This document shows positions 1 through 9,202 of a DNA stretch of 64,000 nt, piece after piece. Numbering within the stretch: position 1 is the first letter of the stretch; each line of letters begins with the position of its first letter. Both the position numbers and the translations under genes were made by a program. The notes under the pieces were generated by a model. The model was not told the DNA's origin, ran no database searches, and worked only from the letters and a program-made list of their open reading frames with translations. Location: the NCBI GenBank assembly GCA_965249785.1, contig CBDFMU010000023.1:16499-80498 (forward strand). The letters are read 5' to 3'. The DNA comes from Saprospiraceae bacterium. GTDB lineage: Bacteria; Bacteroidota; Bacteroidia; Chitinophagales; Saprospiraceae.

Positions 1-605
1 TAGCTGGCTATGTGGGCCAAACGGCCATGAAAACCAGCGAACGGGTGGACGAAGCGATGGGCGGCGTGCTTTTCATTGATGAAGCCTACGCACTTACTTC
101 CAGTGGACGTGGCTCGCAGGGCGACTTTGGCGACGAGGCCATTCAGACGTTGTTGAAACGCATGGAAGATCGTCGCGGCGAGTTCTACGTGTTCGTGGCG
201 GGCTATCCAGAAAATATGGATAATTTTCTGAAAGCCAATCCTGGTTTGGCCAGCCGCTTCGATAAGGTGTTGCGTTTTGAGGATTATGCGCCGGAAGAAT
301 TGCTGGAAATCGCGCTGTATATGTTTCAGCAGGAGCATTATCGGGTGGAGGAAGATGCCCGCGAACATTTGGGCAAATACATGACTTTTTTGCACCAGTT
401 CCGCGACAAGTATTTCGGCAATGCCCGCACGGTACGCCAGGTAGTGATGGATACTATTAAGAACCAGAATTTGCGTATTGCCGTACTGAAACCCACCGAA
501 CCAGAGCCGATGCACACTATTACACTCGACGACGTAGCTACGTTTACGTTTGAGAAAGATAAATTGAATTTGTTTGTACGGCGGGGAATTGGGTTTGGGA
601 AGTAA
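1..605 (+). CDS. AAA+ ATPase, CbbX/SpoVK-like, C-terminal part (5' end outside window)
   Basis: Frame is open from base 1 (..[11 protein letters not shown]). The blocks [20 protein letters not shown] and [13 protein letters not shown] are typical of CbbX/SpoVK-type AAA+ proteins. Stop at 603-605. Confidence 0.75.
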   Translation, partial: AGYVGQTAMKTSERVDEAMGGVLFIDEAYALTSSGRGSQGDFGDEAIQTLLKRMEDRRGEFYVFVAGYPENMDNFLKANPGLASRFDKVLRFEDYAPEELLEIALYMFQQEHYRVEEDAREHLGKYMTFLHQFRDKYFGNARTVRQVVMDTIKNQNLRIAVLKPTEPEPMHTITLDDVATFTFEKDKLNLFVRRGIGFGK

Positions 606-617
606 ATGGCTTAGCAA

Positions 618-1256
618 TCAAAGCAACCCAATAATCATTTCACTTATTTCGTCTGGTTTATTTACTACCATAAAATGCCCGCCGCCAATAATCGGTCGGG
701 CATTTTTTATGAAATAAAAAGGGAACATCCTATCCGCTGTTCCATGAAGGTGAGTCAAGTGCTCGTGCTGAGTATTGCTTTTCCAGGATACTAATTTTTT
801 AATCGCCCATTTCAGGAAAACTGGATCGGTAGTGCGCAGGATTTCTGCCAATAATTTCTTGTCTGCCAAATTTGCCGCGCCAAAGAACCAGTATACTAAT
901 TTATTCGGTCGAGTTAATAAGTTGGCAGGCAAAATGCTGGAAATATGCAGTAGTCCAATAAGCCGATAATAAAATGGAATTTCGCGTTGATTTTTTGCCG
1001 ACGAGATCAAGATAATTTGGTCTGTATCAATAATTTTTCCCACCTCGATGGCTATAAGCCCACCAAAAGAAAGCCCAATTAATATTGGTTTCTCAGAAGT
1101 GATTTGTGCGATTAAGCGATTGGCATAACTTTCAATAGTTTCCTGATCATTGGGTTTTATCCAAGCTATAAAAATCAAATTATAACCTGGAAGATCCAAG
1201 AATTGGAATGCTCTTTCATCAGCACCTAGTCCACTAAATAGAAAGATGTTTTTCAT
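618..1256 (-). CDS. alpha/beta-fold hydrolase
   Basis: 212-aa ORF with the nucleophile elbow GLSFGG, a late GGGHFMV histidine block, and a size and pattern typical of small alpha/beta hydrolases. About 40% GC by hand count of one line. Confidence 0.65.
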   Translation of the reverse strand: MKNIFLFSGLGADERAFQFLDLPGYNLIFIAWIKPNDQETIESYANRLIAQITSEKPILIGLSFGGLIAIEVGKIIDTDQIILISSAKNQREIPFYYRLIGLLHISSILPANLLTRPNKLVYWFFGAANLADKKLLAEILRTTDPVFLKWAIKKLVSWKSNTQHEHLTHLHGTADRMFPFYFIKNARPIIGGGHFMVVNKPDEISEMIIGLL

Positions 1257-1295
1257 ATAAATAGGCTTGATTAATATGTTGTCTATCTTAATACT

Positions 1296-2108
1296 CTAAA
1301 TATCCAGCCAGTAACCCTCCCGCTCATACTGAAATATCGCCGCAAACTCCGTGCGTTGGGGTAGATCAAGATAGGGATACACTATCTTTGACAAATAAAG
1401 TCCCTGCGGATAAGCCGAAGTAATAATGCGCGGCGTTTGTCTGGCGCGTAAGTGCTGCTCAAATGCCTCGACACTTAGTTTTCCCAGACCAATTTCTAAT
1501 AGACGGCCTACAATGATGCGGATCATACCGCGCAAAAAGCGATTGGAAGTCACTTGAAACCGCAGTCGTTCACCACTTTTATCTACCCATAAATGCGCCG
1601 AACTAACTTGACAAACGGTATGCTCATAACTGGCTGGTGATTTACAAAAAGCATAATAATCATTGTATTGAGCCAGTAAATCTACTGCACGTTTCATGCT
1701 CTGCAAATCCAGGTTTTTATAGTCATATAATGCACTGCATCCATGCAAAAAGGGGTCTTTTTGTGTATGAATAAAATAGTCGTATGTGCGCTGGGTAGCA
1801 TCGAAACGAGCGTGCGCTTTATCGTGTACAGGTAATATAGCAAAAATCGCAATATCGGGAGGCAAAGCGTGATTCAATCGCGTTAATAGATCGAAATCAT
1901 AGGTTTCGGCCAGATCAACATGAAAAATGTATTGAGAAGCATGGACCTGCGCATCGGTGCGCCCGCAGCCATTAATAATAACTGGCGTTTTTACTACTTT
2001 TTTTAATACATTTTCTATTACTTCCTGCACACTTACGGCAGACGGCTGCCGCTGCCAGCCATGATAATTTAGCCCATTAAAAGCGAGGTGAAAAAAGAAG
2101 CGTTGGAT
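1296..2108 (-). CDS. truA: tRNA pseudouridine(38-40) synthase TruA
   Basis: GCGRTDAQVHA catalytic-Asp motif. The conserved N-terminus FFHLAFNGLNYHGWQRQ lies upstream of the ORF-track start (GTG 2030). The frame is open up to TAA 2115-2117, and the only candidate start there is ATC 2106-2108. Confidence 0.85.
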   Translation of the reverse strand: MQRFFFHLAFNGLNYHGWQRQPSAVSVQEVIENVLKKVVKTPVIINGCGRTDAQVHASQYIFHVDLAETYDFDLLTRLNHALPPDIAIFAILPVHDKAHARFDATQRTYDYFIHTQKDPFLHGCSALYDYKNLDLQSMKRAVDLLAQYNDYYAFCKSPASYEHTVCQVSSAHLWVDKSGERLRFQVTSNRFLRGMIRIIVGRLLEIGLGKLSVEAFEQHLRARQTPRIITSAYPQGLYLSKIVYPYLDLPQRTEFAAIFQYEREGYWLDI

Positions 2109-2193
2109 GTTGTTTTAGTCTAGTATTCCATTGTTCTTTTGGGTTATAGAAACGAGCAAAAAATAAGGTGAGTAGAATATTCTCGCTCCATGT

Positions 2194-2276
2194 TGTCATC
2201 CTGACGAAGGAAGGAAGTGGTTAAGTGGTTGACGGTCAACTAAGCCCGGCCAGTTCCTTCCTTCGTCAGGATGACA
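2194..2276. repeat. long palindromic REP-like hairpin (23-bp perfect arms TGTCATCCTGACGAAGGAAGGAA)
   Basis: Arm 2194-2216 is the exact reverse complement of 2254-2276. A nested palindrome GTTGACGGTCAAC sits at 2228-2240. It lies between the E1 stop and the truA start (both minus strand), so it probably also acts as a terminator. Confidence 0.8.
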
Positions 2277-2316
2277 TCTCTGGTGAGGCATGTTCACAAC
2301 TTATTTCTTACACGTT

Positions 2317-4714
2317 TCATAACTCCACTTCTTGCATCATTTTATACACCGCTTCTATCACGTCTTCCACCTGTGGCTTACTATGATAATCCCCATCCTG
2401 TCCATAACCGGGACGATGCGGCTTGGCATACAAACTTACTGGCTTTGCATCCAGATAGCGATAACCACCCTGTTTTTCCAGTAATTGCTGCATCAGATAA
2501 GCCGATGCGCCACCCTCGAAATCTTCATCCAGGAATAAGACGCGATTGGTTTTTTTCAAACTTTCCAGACAAATTTGGGGGAAATCAAAGGGCAGCAGCG
2601 TCTGCACATCAATAATTTCTACCTCCATGCCCTGTTGTGCTAAAATAGCGCAGGCATCGTCGGCAATGCGCACCGAAGCTCCATAAGTGATGAGCGTTAA
2701 ATCCGAGCCAGCACGTATCACTTCCGGCACACCAAGCGGCACCGTAAAAGTGCCAATATTATCCGGCAGACGTTCTTTCAGTCGATAACCATTTAATACT
2801 TCTACCACAATGGCCGGGTCGTCGCCTTGCAGCAGCGTATTATACATTCCGGCGGCCTGCGTCATGTTGCGTGGCACACAAATCCACATACCACGCAGGG
2901 AACCGAGCATCATGCCCATTGGCGAACCAGCATGCCACACGCCTACCAAACGGTGACCACGGGTACGGATAATGGCAGGCGCGGCCTGCTGATTATTGGA
3001 ACGCCAGCGCAACGTGCAGAGGTCGTCGGAGAGCGGCGCGAGGCCATATAGCAGATAATCAAGGTATTGTATCTCCGCAATGGGCCGCAAACCACGCATA
3101 GCCATACCAATGGCCTGCCCCATAATTGTCCATTCGCGAATGCCAGTGTCAAAAATGTGCTCCGTACCGTATTTCAGTTGCATCCCGCGCAAGCCCTGGT
3201 TCACGTCGCCAATTTGGCCTACATCTTCGCCCAAAGGCATACAAATTGGGCCGCGTTGCAAAATTGTGGTCGAAACAGGCATTGAGCACTTCGTACCCGT
3301 CTTTGACCGGCGAATTATCGGAATATTCCGCCGCCACTGCGGGTACTTTCAAAGGAGACAAAGGTGTCTCGCTCATCAGATAGCGACTGTAAATACGGTC
3401 GCCTTCCGTCATTTCGGAATTGATAAAAGCAGCCAGTTTTTCTTTGGCAGCACTGTCTTTTTTATGCAAGGCAAATAGCGCACGACGGGCAGTTTGCACC
3501 AGATCGTAGCGCAAAGAGTCGCGTCTTTCCCCTAAGTCCTGAATAATTTCTCCCAAAACAGACACCTCGTCGTGGGCAGATTGCGCCTCATGCAAGTGAC
3601 TTATCAAAGCAGTACGCAGGCCAGCCACCCGGTCGTGGTAGGCTTTATAGGCACGTTTTGCAGCAGCCACGGCTTCCCGTTTGGCGTCGGACTTGATCGT
3701 TTCAAGTTCTTCGCGCGTGGCCAAACCCGTTTCCACCATCCAATTTGCCATGCGCCGGTTGCAGTCGAATTCTTCTTCAAAAGCCAGTCGCTCCGACGAT
3801 TTATAGCGACGATGATCACCGGAAGTGGAGTGGCCGAGTTGCTGCGTTATTTCCTGAATATGGAAAAGGGCGGGCCGGTGCGTCACCCGCATTTTATCAA
3901 CGCCATCGCGGTAGAGCTGGCATAGTCCGGCATAGTCCCAGCCCTTGCCATGATAGATTTCCATGCCCGTATCGTCGCCTTCGGTCTGCATGCCCGCCAG
4001 CGCCGCAGAAATACTCTCCTTGACCGTCTGGTACTTTTTTGGCACCGAAATACCATACCCATCGTCCCAAACGCTGACCGCCAGCGGCACTTGCAGCACT
4101 CCGGCGGCATTCATAGTTTCCCAAAAAGCACCTTCCGAAGTGGAGGCATCGCCAATCGTGAGGAAAGTTATTTCGTCGCCATTATTGGAAAAATTGCCGC
4201 CAATAGACGGCTGCTCGCGGTATTTTTTGGAAGCAAAAGCCAGGCCCAACCCGCGTGCCATTTGACCAGCAGTGGGAGCGGTATCGGCAGTAATATTGTA
4301 GCGATTTTTATGCTCGGTCCAGCGGCCTTTTTCGTCCACGAGCGGCGTGGAAAAATGACAGTTCATTTGGCGACCGCCGGAAAAAGGATCGCCGTAGGGA
4401 TCGCCATAAAGTTGGGCAAAAAATTCTTCGAGGGTACTCAACCCCAGCGCAAAGATCAACGTCTGATCCCGATAATAACCCGCGCGGAAATCGCCTTTAC
4501 GCCAGGCTTTGGCGAGAGCCACTTGGGCCACCTCCTTGCCGTCGCCGATGATGCCGAAGTTGGCGCGACCGCTGAGCACTTCTTTACGGGCAATCACGCT
4601 GGCCTCCCGACTCAGGCAGCATACGCGAAAATCTTGCAGCACTTCCTGTCGGTAAGCGGCAGTGGGCGGTTCGTCCGATTTTCGTGTGCGGGGAGGCATT
4701 TTTGATTCAACCAT
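2317..4714 (-). pseudogene. fused E1 alpha/beta 2-oxoacid (branched-chain type) dehydrogenase, TPP-dependent, interrupted by a 1-nt frameshift
   Basis: ORFs 3149..4714 (E1-alpha-like) and 2317..3282 (E1-beta/transketolase-like) overlap. Removing one base in GCCC 3239-3242 joins ..RPNLYAFG to [17 protein letters not shown].. as one protein of about 799 aa. Confidence 0.85.
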
Positions 4715-5191
4715 TTTTTAAGAAAACAGCGTTCGGTGAGCAGTCGGCGTAAACAAAATCTACCAATTTGCTAATGTGCTAATATTCAACATATTGCCAT
4801 AAAAACAATGACAAATATTTTAGTCATAAACACTTTATCAGGCAAAAAGGCGCACAAAAGTACATCAAGATTCTCGATTTACGCCCTGCGCTGATTTCCT
4901 GTATTCGACGATTAAACCAATTTTGAAAACGATTGTTACAGCGCACCCCCTCTTGCGAACGCGCTTGATAGGTTAGGCCATTCCAATTCGCTGGCAAGTA
5001 ATTTGTTTTTAATCGTTTGATTTTTCCTTGTTCGCAACTATTATGTTGAAAGAAAAAATTGGGCAATAAGTAGCTTCACAATTATTTAATTTTCCAGTTT
5101 CAGGCAAAGTCGGCGATTTTTTGACCTAATTTTGCCGCTTCAAAAATCACCCCAACTCACATTTAAGCATTTAACCTACCCATTCCGACTT

Positions 5192-5785
5192 ATGTCACAC
5201 GAACCGAAAGTACGCTACAGCGATGAGGACTTGCAGGAATTCAAGGTGCTGATCGAAGAAAAATTAAATGTCGCGCAAGAAGAATTGAATACGACGGAGC
5301 GGCAAATTTCCGATTTGAACGAAAACGGGTTCAATCAACAAGGGGGCGACTGGTATGATGACTCGACGGCGCACACCGACCTGGAAATGCTCCAACGTAT
5401 GCTCACGCGCCAGCAACGCTATGTGCAAGACCTGCGCAATGCCGGGCTGCGCATCCAAAACAAGACCTACGGCATTTGTAGCGTGACCGGCCAACTCATC
5501 AGCAAGGAACGTTTGCGGCTCGTGCCACACGCCACCAAAAGTATTGACGGCAAGAACATGGCCAATGCCACTCGGGAGAACCACAACGATAATGTCATCA
5601 GCAGTGAATCGTTCCCGACGCTGGAAAATGATCGTCCGGCGGGCAAACCCGTGAGCGACAAGTTGCGCCTGCCCAATACCAAGCGCACCACTAATACCAG
5701 CGAAGATTGGGAAGCCGATAGCGAGCCTACGGAAGAGGCAGGCTACACCAATCGCAATAATAAATTTGACGACGATGAAGAGTAA
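5192..5785 (+). CDS. DksA/TraR-family regulator with acidic C-terminal extension
   Basis: From ATG 5192: MSHEPKVRYSDEDLQEFKVLIEEKL .. NKTYGICSVTGQLISKERLRLVPHATKSIDGK, the Bacteroidota DksA/TraR pattern. It has only one Cys of the C4 finger. The tail is D/E/N/T-rich. Confidence 0.75.
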   Translation: MSHEPKVRYSDEDLQEFKVLIEEKLNVAQEELNTTERQISDLNENGFNQQGGDWYDDSTAHTDLEMLQRMLTRQQRYVQDLRNAGLRIQNKTYGICSVTGQLISKERLRLVPHATKSIDGKNMANATRENHNDNVISSESFPTLENDRPAGKPVSDKLRLPNTKRTTNTSEDWEADSEPTEEAGYTNRNNKFDDDEE

Positions 5786-5816
5786 TTTTTGACTTCGTCA
5801 TCGTTACTATTTATGC

Positions 5817-5856
5817 AAACAGGAGTTGTCTCGAATGTTCGGGACAACTCCTGTTT
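5817..5856 (+). terminator. rho-independent terminator after the dksA-like gene
   Basis: AAACAGGAGTTGTC..GGGACAACTCCTGTTT stem followed by TATTTTAT. Confidence 0.7.
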
Positions 5857-5977
5857 TATTTTATGTAAACCGAAACCCTGTTTCGGCCCGTGTATATACC
5901 ATGCCAACGGCGAAAAATCAACCAGTTGGAAGATTTGAAACAGAGGATTACGTGCATAATTTATGGATAAAATTGTT

Positions 5978-5985
5978 TACTTTTG
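5978..5985 (+). promoter_or_regulatory. possible Bacteroidota -7 promoter box (TACTTTTG)
   Basis: Exact match to the TAnnTTTG consensus, 20 nt upstream of ATG 6005. No convincing -33 TTG was seen. Confidence 0.25.
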
Positions 5986-6004
5986 TTGCAAAATATGACC
6001 ACTA

Positions 6005-6234
6005 ATGACAGCCAACTATAAACAAATCATCACTATTGAACCTGGTAAACGCAGCGGGGCAGCCTTGTATTCGCGGCTTACGTATTACCGTCTATGATGT
6101 ACTCAGTTACCTGGCGGCAGGTATGACGGTGGAGGAAATCTTGACTGATTTTCCCATGCTCACCCGGCAGGATATATTGGCCTGTTTTGGCTTACGCTGC
6201 CGAAGGAGAAAGAGCTAAGTTGGTCGCAGTCTGA
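6005..6234 (+). pseudogene. DUF433-family antitoxin-like protein, two frameshifts
   Basis: MTANYKQIITIEPGKRSG / QPCIRGLRITVYDVLSYLAAGMTVEEILTDFPMLTRQDILAC / LAYAAEGERAKLVAV is only recovered after removing one base in GGGG 6056-6059 and one in TTTT 6185-6188. Confidence 0.75.
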
Positions 6235-6244
6235 ACTGTTTGCT

Positions 6245-6575
6245 ATGTTTTTAATCGACAACAATCTTTCGCCACGTTTGGTCAAGGTGCTTAAAGTAGA
6301 TTTTCCCTGATACTGCTCACGTTTTTGATTTTGGTTTGGAAGCCGCTGATGACCAGACCGTGTGGGCATTTGCAGAAACTAATAACTTGCATATTCTGAC
6401 CAAAGACCGTGATTTTGTTGATCTGCTTTATCTGCGCGGATTTCCACCAAAAGTGGTTAAACTTAACTGCGGTAATGCCACCACGCAATTCATTGCTGAA
6501 ATCCTGGAAAGAGAAGCCACACTATTAAAGTCATTTCTCGGCTCTTCTCAATATGGCCTGCTTGTACTTCAATAG
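6245..6575 (+). pseudogene. DUF5615-family PIN-like toxin partner, one frameshift
   Basis: MFLIDNNLSPRLVKVLKVDFP stops at 6308-6310. Removing one C of CCC 6305-6307 continues into DTAHVFDFGLEAADDQTVWAFAETNNLHILTKDRDFVDL.., the usual DUF5615 pattern. Confidence 0.7.
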
Positions 6576-6663
6576 TGCTTTCATATCGTCCCGATTTTAT
6601 TAATCATTTTCTGGAATAAAAGAGATTCCTAAAAGATTCAGGCAGACGAACACGCTGGTACAA

Positions 6664-7275
6664 TCACCCGCCTTTTTTCATCTTAGCCAGCACCACCTGA
6701 TGAAAATTTTCCAGTTTATCCAGCAATTGCAATAGCAAAACTTTTTCGGCGATAGTAAGATTTCCGGTCAGCAAGGTGGATACTTTGGTCATTTGTCCGG
6801 CCACTTGGGCAGATACTTCGGTTCCCTTTGGTGTAATGGTTAGCCGCTTGCTTCGGCGGTCGTCGAGGTCATCGGTTTGGGCGATCAGGCCCAGGGCGAG
6901 CAGCCGCCGGATGATCTCCATGCCCGTTGGTTTTTCGTGGCGATTGCGCTGGATGAGGTCGCTTTTGGTGAGTGCGCCTTGTTCGGTCAGCATGACCAAA
7001 TACACGAATTCATCCATCGTACCCAATGGCGAATTTTCGAGGGCTTTGCGCGCGTAGATGCGCATATAGCGATTCAGGTAGATCAGTAATTTACCAATGT
7101 TATTATCAATCCGCTCCTTTTCCGTCTGCGCGACAGGACGCTCATTGACTTGCTCGCCATCCGTCGTTTGGCGCACCAGCCACACAGCGAAATGTTGCGG
7201 ACTCTGTTCTTTGGGATAAGTGCGTTCGTAGGCCTCCAAGTGAGGCAGGAGCGTTTGCAGCAGATCGTATTTCAT
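6664..7275 (-). CDS. MarR-family transcriptional regulator
   Basis: Winged-helix block FVYLVMLTEQGALTKSDLIQRNRHEKPTGMEIIRRLLALGLIAQTDDLDDRRSKRLTITPKG. Confidence 0.75.
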   Translation of the reverse strand: MKYDLLQTLLPHLEAYERTYPKEQSPQHFAVWLVRQTTDGEQVNERPVAQTEKERIDNNIGKLLIYLNRYMRIYARKALENSPLGTMDEFVYLVMLTEQGALTKSDLIQRNRHEKPTGMEIIRRLLALGLIAQTDDLDDRRSKRLTITPKGTEVSAQVAGQMTKVSTLLTGNLTIAEKVLLLQLLDKLENFHQVVLAKMKKGG

Positions 7276-7359
7276 AGCAAATACTAATTTGACTGCAAAG
7301 TATGTTTTTAATCGAAATAAACATTGGATTGATTAAAAACAATCTTGTTTAAAATAAAA

Positions 7360-7401
7360 GGCCGCTGCTTCACACTTAACAATTTGTGTGAAGCAGCGGC
7401 C
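7360..7401 (-). terminator. rho-independent terminator after glgC
   Basis: 16-bp stem GGCCGCTGCTTCACAC / GTGTGAAGCAGCGGCC. The minus strand continues with TTTTATTTTAAAC. Confidence 0.75.
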
Positions 7402-7497
7402 TGACAACCGTATTTTCAGATGAACCTGGTAATAACTAAGGGCAATCAATACTTACCACACTCCCAATAACTATTAACCAATATACCACTCAACCAA

Positions 7498-8770
7498 TCA
7501 CATGATCCGCGTCCCTTCCACGATCACACCACCTTTTTTCACCACCACTACCCCATCACGAATGCAGTAATTAGCATCGTCCATATCGGCCAAATGATCG
7601 CCGCCTTTGATGACTACGTTATTGCCGACGCGGCAGTCTTTATCTAAAATAGCGTGTTCGATGTGGCAATAATGGCCCACGCCCATCGGCACATCGTCTG
7701 GATTATTGGCAATTTCTTCCAGCGTCTGGTAGTAATCGTTACCCATGACGATGGTGTCCTTGATGACCGTGTTTTCGCCGATGCGCGAACGCAAACCAAC
7801 AAATAGAACCTTCAATAATGCGGGCGTGAATGATGCAGCCTTCGGCAATCAGGGCCCGATTCAGCTGGGTGCCGCCGTAAAATTTGGCGGGCGGCAGCAT
7901 CCGACCGCGCGTATAAATGCGCTGGGTATGCGAGAAAAGATTGAAGGCCGGAATGTGATCGGTCAGTTCAATATTGGCATCAAAAAACGAGCGGATGGTA
8001 CCAATGTCCGTCCAATAACCTTCATATTGGTAAGCAGCCACTTTACGTCCGGTTTCAATGGCGGCAGGCAGGATTTCCTTGCCAAAATCCATCGCGTCTG
8101 GATACTGCTCAAACAAGTCACTCAAAGTCTGGCGATTGAAAATGTAAATCCCCATCGAAGCCAGGTAATGCCGCCCATGTTTTTTGTTGGCTGGACTGAC
8201 CTCACTGACCCAACCAGGCAACAAATCATCGTGCGGCTTCTCAATGAAGCGCGGAATGTAGCCCTGTTCGTCTACTTTCATGATCCCGAATCCGGGCGCA
8301 TCGCGGGCATCCACGGGCAGGCAGGCAATGCTGATCTCTGCGCCCGATTGGATATGCGCTTCCGCCATCGCATCAAAATCCATCTGGTACAACTGGTCGC
8401 CCGATAGAATGAGGATCAGGTCAAAATCCTGGCGTTCGTAGTGCTGGCGACTTTGGCGCACCGCGTCGGCAGTACCCTGGAACCAGTCTTTATTGCCGGG
8501 TGTCTGTTCGGCAGCTAGAATATCTACAAAGCCGCTGGAAAAAACATCGAAATTATAGGTGTTCTTGATGTGCGCATTGAGCGAAGCAGAGTTGTACTGC
8601 GTCACCACAAACATCCGCTTCACGCCGGAATTGATGCAATTGGAGATCGGGATGTCGATCAGTCGGTATTTGCCGCCGATTGGTACGGCGGGTTTGGAGC
8701 GTTTTTCGGTGAGGGGAAAAAGGCGCGAACCAGCGCCGCCGCCCAGGATGATGGAAATCATATTCGCCAT
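7498..8770 (-). pseudogene. glgC: glucose-1-phosphate adenylyltransferase, 1-nt frameshift
   Basis: N-terminus ILGGGAGSRLFPLTEKRSKPAVPIGGKYRLIDIPISNCINSG. ORFs 7739..8770 and 7498..7848 overlap. Removing one A of AAA 7801-7803 gives ..IIEGSIVGLRSRIGENTVI.. Confidence 0.85.
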
Positions 8771-8850
8771 AGGAGAGAGAGTTAAGTGCGGATTGTTGTG
8801 TTAATATTGGTTATTAGAATTGTTGCTTTTAATTACGTGATGTTTGTTTG

Positions 8851-9199
8851 TTAGACCCCACTCCTTAACCCCTCCCCCGAAAGGGAGGGGGACTTGATCT
8901 ATTTGTTTTCTAGTGGTTTTTATTATCTTGTGGAATTATATTTAAAATATTCAAAATCAATGTATTGCACTATAAAACTTCAATAATTACACTTTTTAAG
9001 TTAAAAAGTGTAATTATTGAAGTTTTAAATAAATTTAAAACATAGATAAAAATTATTAAATATACTAGTTTAGCGTTTTTTAATAATTCCCCTGTTTAAC
9101 CTCTAAAAATCCACTTTATTAAGGTAATGATAATCAAAAGCGAATAACCACGATCAAGTCCCCCTCCTTTTCGGGGGAAGGGCTAGGGGTGGGGTCTAA
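8851..9199. repeat. MITE-like element: ~48-bp imperfect terminal inverted repeats around an AT-rich core
   Basis: 8851-8899 (TTAGACCCCACTCCTTAACCCCTCCCCCGAAAGGGAGGGGGACTTGATC) matches the reverse complement of 9152-9199 at roughly 40 of 48 positions. Each arm holds its own C-run/G-run hairpin. It occupies the glgA-glgC spacer, starting 3 nt after the glgA stop. Confidence 0.75.
8974..9026. repeat. perfect 26-bp inverted repeat with 1-nt spacer inside the MITE-like element
   Basis: AAAACTTCAATAATTACACTTTTTAA g TTAAAAAGTGTAATTATTGAAGTTTT. Confidence 0.85.
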
Positions 9200-9202
9200 G
9201 CG

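Noticed and set aside
2271-2615. 114-aa plus-strand ORF starting in the 2194-2276 hairpin
   Set aside because: It begins inside a palindromic repeat and runs antisense to the E1 beta-like coding region. Its Pro/His/Arg-rich translation has no motif.
3950-4705. Long plus-strand ORFs antisense to the E1 gene. The same pattern occurs at 46170..46865 (folK), 56312..57070 (ruvB), 41406..42140 (CotH), 38338..38925 (GH97), 10419..11036 (glgA) and 7745..8407 (glgC)
   Set aside because: All lie opposite genes with strong family motifs and have low-complexity or Arg-rich translations. I treated them as non-coding.
4824-5066. 80-aa minus-strand ORF in the long E1/dksA spacer
   Set aside because: No start context, an odd composition (Cys/Phe/Asn/Arg-rich) and no motif. 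It is probably non-coding, and the spacer itself is reported as a low-interest finding.
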